The notes under the pieces: generated by a model
The model's input: only the letters and a program-made list of their open reading frames with translations
Told to the model about the DNA's origin: nothing
Database searches by the model: none
Part shown: positions 36,310 through 42,074 of the stretch, piece by piece
How the letters are laid out: each line of letters starts with the position of its first letter
Position numbering within the stretch: position 1 is the first letter of the stretch
Assembly: GCA_022813865.1 (NCBI GenBank)
Contig: JALDZX010000065.1
Location: 62,001-104,074, forward strand
DNA: 42,074 bases
Reading direction: 5' to 3'
DNA from: Xylographa opegraphella
Lineage: Eukaryota
Made by a program: the position numbers and the translations under genes

Positions 36310-36670
36310 TTCCAGGATCCCTCTCGTCGCCTGCTCCGCCGGCATCTCCCTCGCCGTACACATTTACCAGAACTTCCTTTATTCCTACTGGCGCATCACC
36401 TTTTTCATCTTCTGGGTTAGCACCATCTTCACCACCGGCTTCTGCCTGCGAACTGTCTCTCACAACCTGCAGAACGTAGGCTGGTATATCACCCAAATCG
36501 TGTTCATTCTCGGAGGTTCCCCAGTATAAGCCGCTGCCGAATACAACATCCTCGGTCGCTTAATGCACTACCTCCCAATTTATTCGCCTCTCAACCCTTC
36601 GCGCACTTTCACCATTTATATCATCCTGGGTTCCTTTGTAAAGACTCTCACTGATGTCGGCGCGGGTCGC
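36310..36670 (+). pseudogene. RTA1-like (lipid-translocating exporter family) gene fragment
   Basis: GISLAVHIYQNFLYSYWRITFF...YITQIVFILGGSPV*AAAEYNILGRLMHYLPIYSPLNP...LGSFVKTLT. TAA at 36527-36529 sits where Tyr is expected (PPIYAAAEY); the start and C-terminal half are missing. Confidence 0.75.
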
Positions 36671-36799
36671 GAGTGTCAGCAGGACAAAAAGATGTCATAT
36701 AATGCCATAAAACATGCAAATCCTCGAAGTGGCCGTTGGTAGGTTGAGCGTGAGTGATGGCAGCGCTCTGAGAAATGCTTCAAAGAAGTTTATCATTAC

Positions 36800-37136
36800 C
36801 AACAAGGCTCACTAAAGCCTGTGAGATAGCTATGTTGCTGTGCTGAACAGGAGAAGTGGTCGCCAAATCGTTGCTCAGTCTGGGAAGGCCCATCGACGAT
36901 GACAAGTGTGTATACGGAGCGATGAAAACGGTGGTGCAGGTTATAATCAACTGCCCGCTGCTGCGGGAACTCAGATTCGAACTATAGTGAAAGGTAGGCG
37001 ATACATGTGGAAGCATCAGAACTCTGCTCGGAAGACGTAACGAGCCAGGCCAAGTCGAAAAAGGGAAGCAATGAACGGGGATGTCATCAAAGTGATCCTC
37101 GAATTTGCCGATGCATGCCAACGATTCAATTCACGG
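36800..37136 (+). mobile_element. Degenerate 3' end of a non-LTR retrotransposon (LINE, Tad1-like) ORF2
   Basis: Translation IVAQ.../DDDKCVYGAMKTVVQVIINCPLLRELRFEL**KVGDTCGSIRTLLGR.../VIKVILEFADACQRFNSR matches the fungal LINE CCHC tail pattern DDKCxCGAxETVxHVLxDCPxLRxLR...LG...VLxFAxAxxRF. Confidence 0.7.
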
Positions 37137-37646
37137 ACCTCGGCGGTTCAGTTGAGTGGACACTCCTGGCCTTAACGAGGCATAAGTTCGTGCACGTAGG
37201 TAAATACCTAGGAGATTGAGGTCAGCTTACCCATTTCGTCGGTAATTCAGTTCAGCACTGGGATTCAGCATTGATCTCGAGTTCATAAGTTTTAGTCCCG
37301 GTCCGCGCCTGTACAATTCCACGCATTTGACCCAGCCTTGGCTCGGAGCCTTGGAGCGAAATTGATTCGAACTCGATTACGACACAGGCTTGGCGCTGCT
37401 AGCGAGGCACTAGCGGTGAAACTTGGCAAGGCCGACGAGTAGATCATGCCTTGCCTCGCATTCGTAACCTTACGTACACTATGATGTGGATCAGGACGTC
37501 AGCTGCTTGGCCAATCGGAACAGCCGTCACGCGAATTTTAGGCAACTGTCAAAAATGCTCGACCCCCTTCTCCTGAAAAGTACTTATTCATTGAGAATGG
37601 ACGATGCACAATGGTCTTGTCACGCTGACACTCAATTACGATCATC

Positions 37647-40600
37647 ATGAAGTTTAGAGTTGGCAAGAAGAAACACGAAGATGGCGGCGATTCTCAGACG
37701 ACGAAGCCTGACGAGACCAAGGATCCTTCCCCTGGCTTCGGGAACTTTTGGGTACATCCATTCAGAACACATATCACCACTCCAGCTAATGTAGTGTAGC
37801 GGATACTTTCATTCGGTTCCAGACCTGAGCATGTCCTCCTGGTTATCGCAATCGCCTGCGCTGCAGCATCTGGCGTGCCACTACCTGTGTTGAACATAGT
37901 CTTCGGCGGCCTTGTTGGCGATTTCAACAACTACTTTGTGCCCGGCAACGATGTCACAGAGTCGGACTTCAAGAGCTCAATCTCGCAGAGTGCTCTCTAC
38001 ATCGTTTACCTTTTCATTGGGAAGTTCGTTCTCACCTATGTCGCCAGCTTCTGCTTCCGCGTAGCAGGACTGCGAGTCTCAGCGGCTATGCGACTTCAAT
38101 ATCTGGATTCCCTTTTCGCTCAACCAATCAAGAAGCTCGACGAGGTCTCTACTGGAACAGTTGCTAACACTATCACCGGGTCTGCGAACACGATCCAGAT
38201 TAGTATATCCGAGAGACTGGCTACATTATTCCAGTCTTTAGCTCTTGTCATCGCGGCTTTTGCAATCGCATTCAGCTATTCTTGGGCCCTGACACTTGCA
38301 ACAAGCTCGGGTATTATCTTCGTCATCGTGGTTTACAGCATTACGACTCCTTTTGCCCTCAAGCAAATGCAGCGGGTCGAGAAGGCAGACGAAAAGCACG
38401 CTACTGTCGCTGCCGAAACCATTAGTTCTATACGTACCGTGTTTGCACTTGGTGCAGAGCCGAAGATGAGAGAGAAGCATACACATTGGGTCAACGAGTC
38501 GAATAGACATGGCATGAAGCTGGCTCCACACATAGCGACACAACTATCCCCCATGTATTTCTCCATTTACGCTTGTTATGCTCTCGCATTCTGGTTTGGG
38601 TTGAAGCTTTACCGTCAAGGTCAGATTGACAATGTGAACACAGTTATCATGTAAGCTGCAAACGACCTCACTATCAACCCTACTGACCAAACCACAGTGT
38701 TTTCTTCTCGGTCCTCCTTGTCACGAGTGTCATGGGAGGTATCTACCAGCCTATCGCGAACATCACCAAGGCGATTAGTGTTTCGGGCAACTTCTTCGAT
38801 ATTATTGATTCAGATCGTGTGAAGTCTGATGGCTTGCGCAAGCCTGAAGTATCCCCACACGGCGATTTAATATTCGAAAACGTCAATTTCGCCTATCCGA
38901 GCCGACCTAACATCAAAGTCCTTGATAGATTCACAGCGAAGTTTCAGAAGGATAAAACAACGGCATTGGTGGGACCTTCTGGATCAGGTAAATCGACAGT
39001 TGTGGGTCTGCTAGAAAGATGGTACACCCTCGAGAACACGCCAACGTCACAACCAGCTCAGCAATTTAGGGAGAAAAGCGAGAAGAATGTCTCCCTGGAA
39101 GGTACGAGCACCGAAGACGAAAGGCAGACGGAGAGGGTCACACTATCTGGAACTGTCTCCATCGAAAGTCGCAATATCAACGATCTGGAACTGATGTGGT
39201 GGAGGACGCAGATTGGATTAGTGCAGCAAGAGCCATTCTTGTTCAACGAAACTATTGAGGAGAATGTCGCTCATGGCCTCATTGGAACACGGTGGGAAGA
39301 TTGTGATCAAGTCAAGAGACGAGAACTTGTGACAGAGGCTTGCAGGGAAGCTTCTGCCGATGAGTTCATTAATAAACTACCCAAGGTGAGTGCCCGTTCT
39401 CGCCGGTAAACTCATAGCCCAAGGCTGACAAAGAAACAGGGCTATTCAACCAAAGTCGGCGAAAGCGGAATTAAGTTAAGTGGTGGACAACGCCAGCGAA
39501 TCGCTATTGCCAGAAGCATTATCAAACAACCGGCTATCTTGATTCTCGATGAGGCGACCAGCTCCATCGATGTACAAGGAGAAAAGCTTGTACAGGAGGC
39601 TCTGGACCGCGCATCGAAGAATCGAACAACTATCATGATTGCCCACCGATTGACCACTATCAGCAAAGCCGATCACATAATTGTACTTCGAAATGGTGCC
39701 AATGTCGAAGAGGGGACACATGAACATTTGCTTTCACTAAAAGACGGGCTTTACAGCAGCCTTGTGCGTGCACAGAAGCTTGACGAAGAGGAAAATGATC
39801 CCAGCTCACCGAAGGCCGAAGATTCTCTGACCGGGATAAGGCCGGGATAAGGCCTACTTTGTCCCATAAACTCACATATTTAAGCAAACGGCGGTCAAAT
39901 TCATGGGCGATTGATGACGTGAACGCAGAAAAGGGCACAGTCGAGCCCGAGTACAAAAGAAAGGGCTTCGTCGGGGCTGTAAAAGTTTTCTTGTATGCAC
40001 AACGAACACATTGGGTTCTTTTCATCCTGTTGATAACGAGCGCTATGGTTTGTGGAGGTAAGTCCAGCAAAGGAATTGAGTCGAGGCTTTCACATGCTAA
40101 TTTACGGCACCAGCTGCGAATGCTCTACAGAGTTGGTTCTTTGCACAGCTTATTGAAACATTTCAATACACTGGCCAGCGACTGATCGATGCGGCGAACT
40201 TCTGGTCTCTTATGTTCTTCATACTCGCCTTAGCTATGGCAATCAGTTATGGCGTTCTCGGTCTGGCGGCTGGAATCATCTCAACTGTGAGTATATCCCT
40301 GAGTTTCTAAGGGAGACTAACGTATCGCAGCATACTGGAACCTACTGTCGCAAAGACTACTTCAAGAACAATCTCAAAATGCCGATCGCTTACTTTGATC
40401 GTGAGGGTAACGCTTCTGGGTCCGTAATGTCTCGTTTATCGGGTGACCCGAAACAGGTCCAAGAACTCGTTGGGTTGAACGGCGCCTTCCCATTAATCTC
40501 AATATTTAACATCATTGGCTGTGTTGTCATATCTTTCTACTTCGGTTGGAAGCTGACACTTGTTGTGTTCTTTGCAGTAATGCCTGTTATCATTGGGGCA

Positions 40601-41866
40601 TCATTTCTGCGAATGCGATATGAGGTTCAATTTGACGAAGCCAACTCCAAGGTTTTCACCACCAGCTCTCAATTCGCAACAGAAGCTATCGGGGCATTCC
40701 GCACAGTCTCCTCCCTCACTATGGAAAATGCTGTTATCAAAAAGTATCGAACTCTCCTACAAAGTCAGATCAAGGAATCAACACGTAAAGCAAGCTACAC
40801 CACTCTTGTTTTTGCTTTGAGCGACAGCATTGATTTATGTGGAATGGCTCTGACCTTCTGGTATGGTGGCCAGTTGCTTGCTTCTGGGGAGTATAATCCA
40901 ATTCAATTCTTTGTCATTTTCGCTGCGATCATTCAAGGCTCCCAAGCTGCCGGTCTGTATCTCAGTTTTATCCCAAATGCTGCGATTGCTACAACTGCTG
41001 CCAATCGCATGTTGGAACTTCGGAGTAAGGCAGAAAATGAGGATCGAATCACGAAACAAGTGAGTTACACGGGAACGGAGCAAGGTACAAAAATCGAATT
41101 CAAGAAGGTCGCATTCACTTACCCCGGATACTCGACACCACTGTTTTCAGGCCTCGACATCCTGGTCGAACCTGGTCAATTCGTCGCATTCGTGGGTCCA
41201 TCAGGTTGTGGCAAGACCAGTACCATCTCATTACTCGAACAATTTTATACCCCGGACTCGGGTATTATCTCCCTTGATGATCAAGACATTACCAACATGG
41301 ATCCGATCTCGTACCGCCGCAACCTCGCATTGGTATCTCAAGAGCCTCGTCTGTTCTCTGGTACGATCCGTCAAAACCTCCTCCTCGGTATTGAAGACGA
41401 ATCCACGATCACTGAACAAGCGATTGAACAAGCATGCCGTGACGCCGAAATCTACGAGTTCCTGATCTCACTTCCTCAGGGGTACGATACGGATCTGGGC
41501 TCTCATAACACGATTGCATTGAGTGGCGGACAGAAACAACGACTCTGCCTTGCGCGTGCCTTACTGCGACGTCCGAAGCTGCTACTCCTCGATGAGGCGA
41601 CGAGCAGTCTGGACAGTATATCAGAGAAACTCGTGCAGGGAGCGATAGAGCGATTGGCGGAACAGCGAAGTATGACTGTTATCGCAGTTGCACATCGTCT
41701 AGCGACGATTCAGAGAGCAGATGTGATTTTTGTCTTTGGTGGACAGGGCGCAAAGTCAGGCAAGACCAGGGGAACGAAGGTTGTCGAGCAAGGTTCGCAT
41801 AAAGAGTTATTAGCGAAGCGCGGAGTTTATTGGAGTATGTGCCAGTCTCAGGCTCTGAATCGATGA
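37647..41866 (+). CDS. ABCB/MDR1-type full-size multidrug transporter (TMD-NBD-TMD-NBD), frameshifted in the linker at 39831-39852 (possible pseudogene or split gene)
   Basis: NBD1 has [17 protein letters not shown] and LDEATS; NBD2 has [16 protein letters not shown] and LDEATS; two TMDs; five canonical introns. An 11-bp duplication causes TAA at 39848-39850. Confidence 0.9.
39831..39852 (+). repeat. Perfect 11-bp tandem duplication CCGGGATAAGG x2
   Basis: Read directly: ccgggataagg ccgggataagg cc. Removing one copy restores the ABC reading frame ([16 protein letters not shown]). Confidence 0.95.
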
Positions 41867-42074
41867 TAGTAGAATATTTAAATTTAGCATGGTACAAGTT
41901 TTGAGCGTTTCAACAATTTCACAGCCATGAAACAAGTTAATATCTTGACGTGATTTTAATTGATTTCGCACTGCCGAAATCAGAACGAGATTTAATTGCT
42001 TCACCGAGCGAAAGTGTTACGATCCTGCCTCTCACTAGTATAGTTCGATTAGGGATCTGGGTTGGATTCGTCAA

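Noticed and set aside
37360..37440. B-box-like GAGTTCGAATC on the minus strand (tRNA/SINE?)
   Set aside because: No A-box and no cloverleaf.
1..42074. CRISPR arrays, rRNA, tRNA, prokaryotic operons or terminators
   Set aside because: The sequence is intron-rich fungal DNA; no spaced repeat arrays, rRNA or tRNA structures were seen.

Overview
Eukaryotic genomic DNA from a filamentous ascomycete (Pezizomycotina, possibly Eurotiomycetes-like; inferred from protein sequences and short ~50-nt GT-AG introns with CTRAY branch sites). Bases ~1-33,000 form a gene-dense housekeeping block: POP7/RPP20, LIP2, EPT1/CPT1, PRS1, a hidden 52-aa Cys/His microprotein gene, phospholipase D, SEC7, LAT1, an MME1-like mitochondrial carrier, RHO3, MGR2, VPS64/FAR-like SLMAP, RAV2 and a SUR7-family gene. 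Bases ~33,000-42,074 look like a decaying accessory zone: a multiply disrupted membrane-protein gene, an RTA1-like relic, a LINE 3' relic with RIP-like mutations, and a full-size ABCB/MDR transporter cut in its inter-half linker by an 11-bp tandem duplication. Other notable signals are two ~190-nt structured introns (one H/ACA-snoRNA-like, one long hairpin), two GC-AG introns, several 10-18-nt micro-exons and a head-to-head RNase P subunit/lipoyl-transferase pair. Exon boundaries were read by eye and family assignments come from remembered motifs, not database searches.
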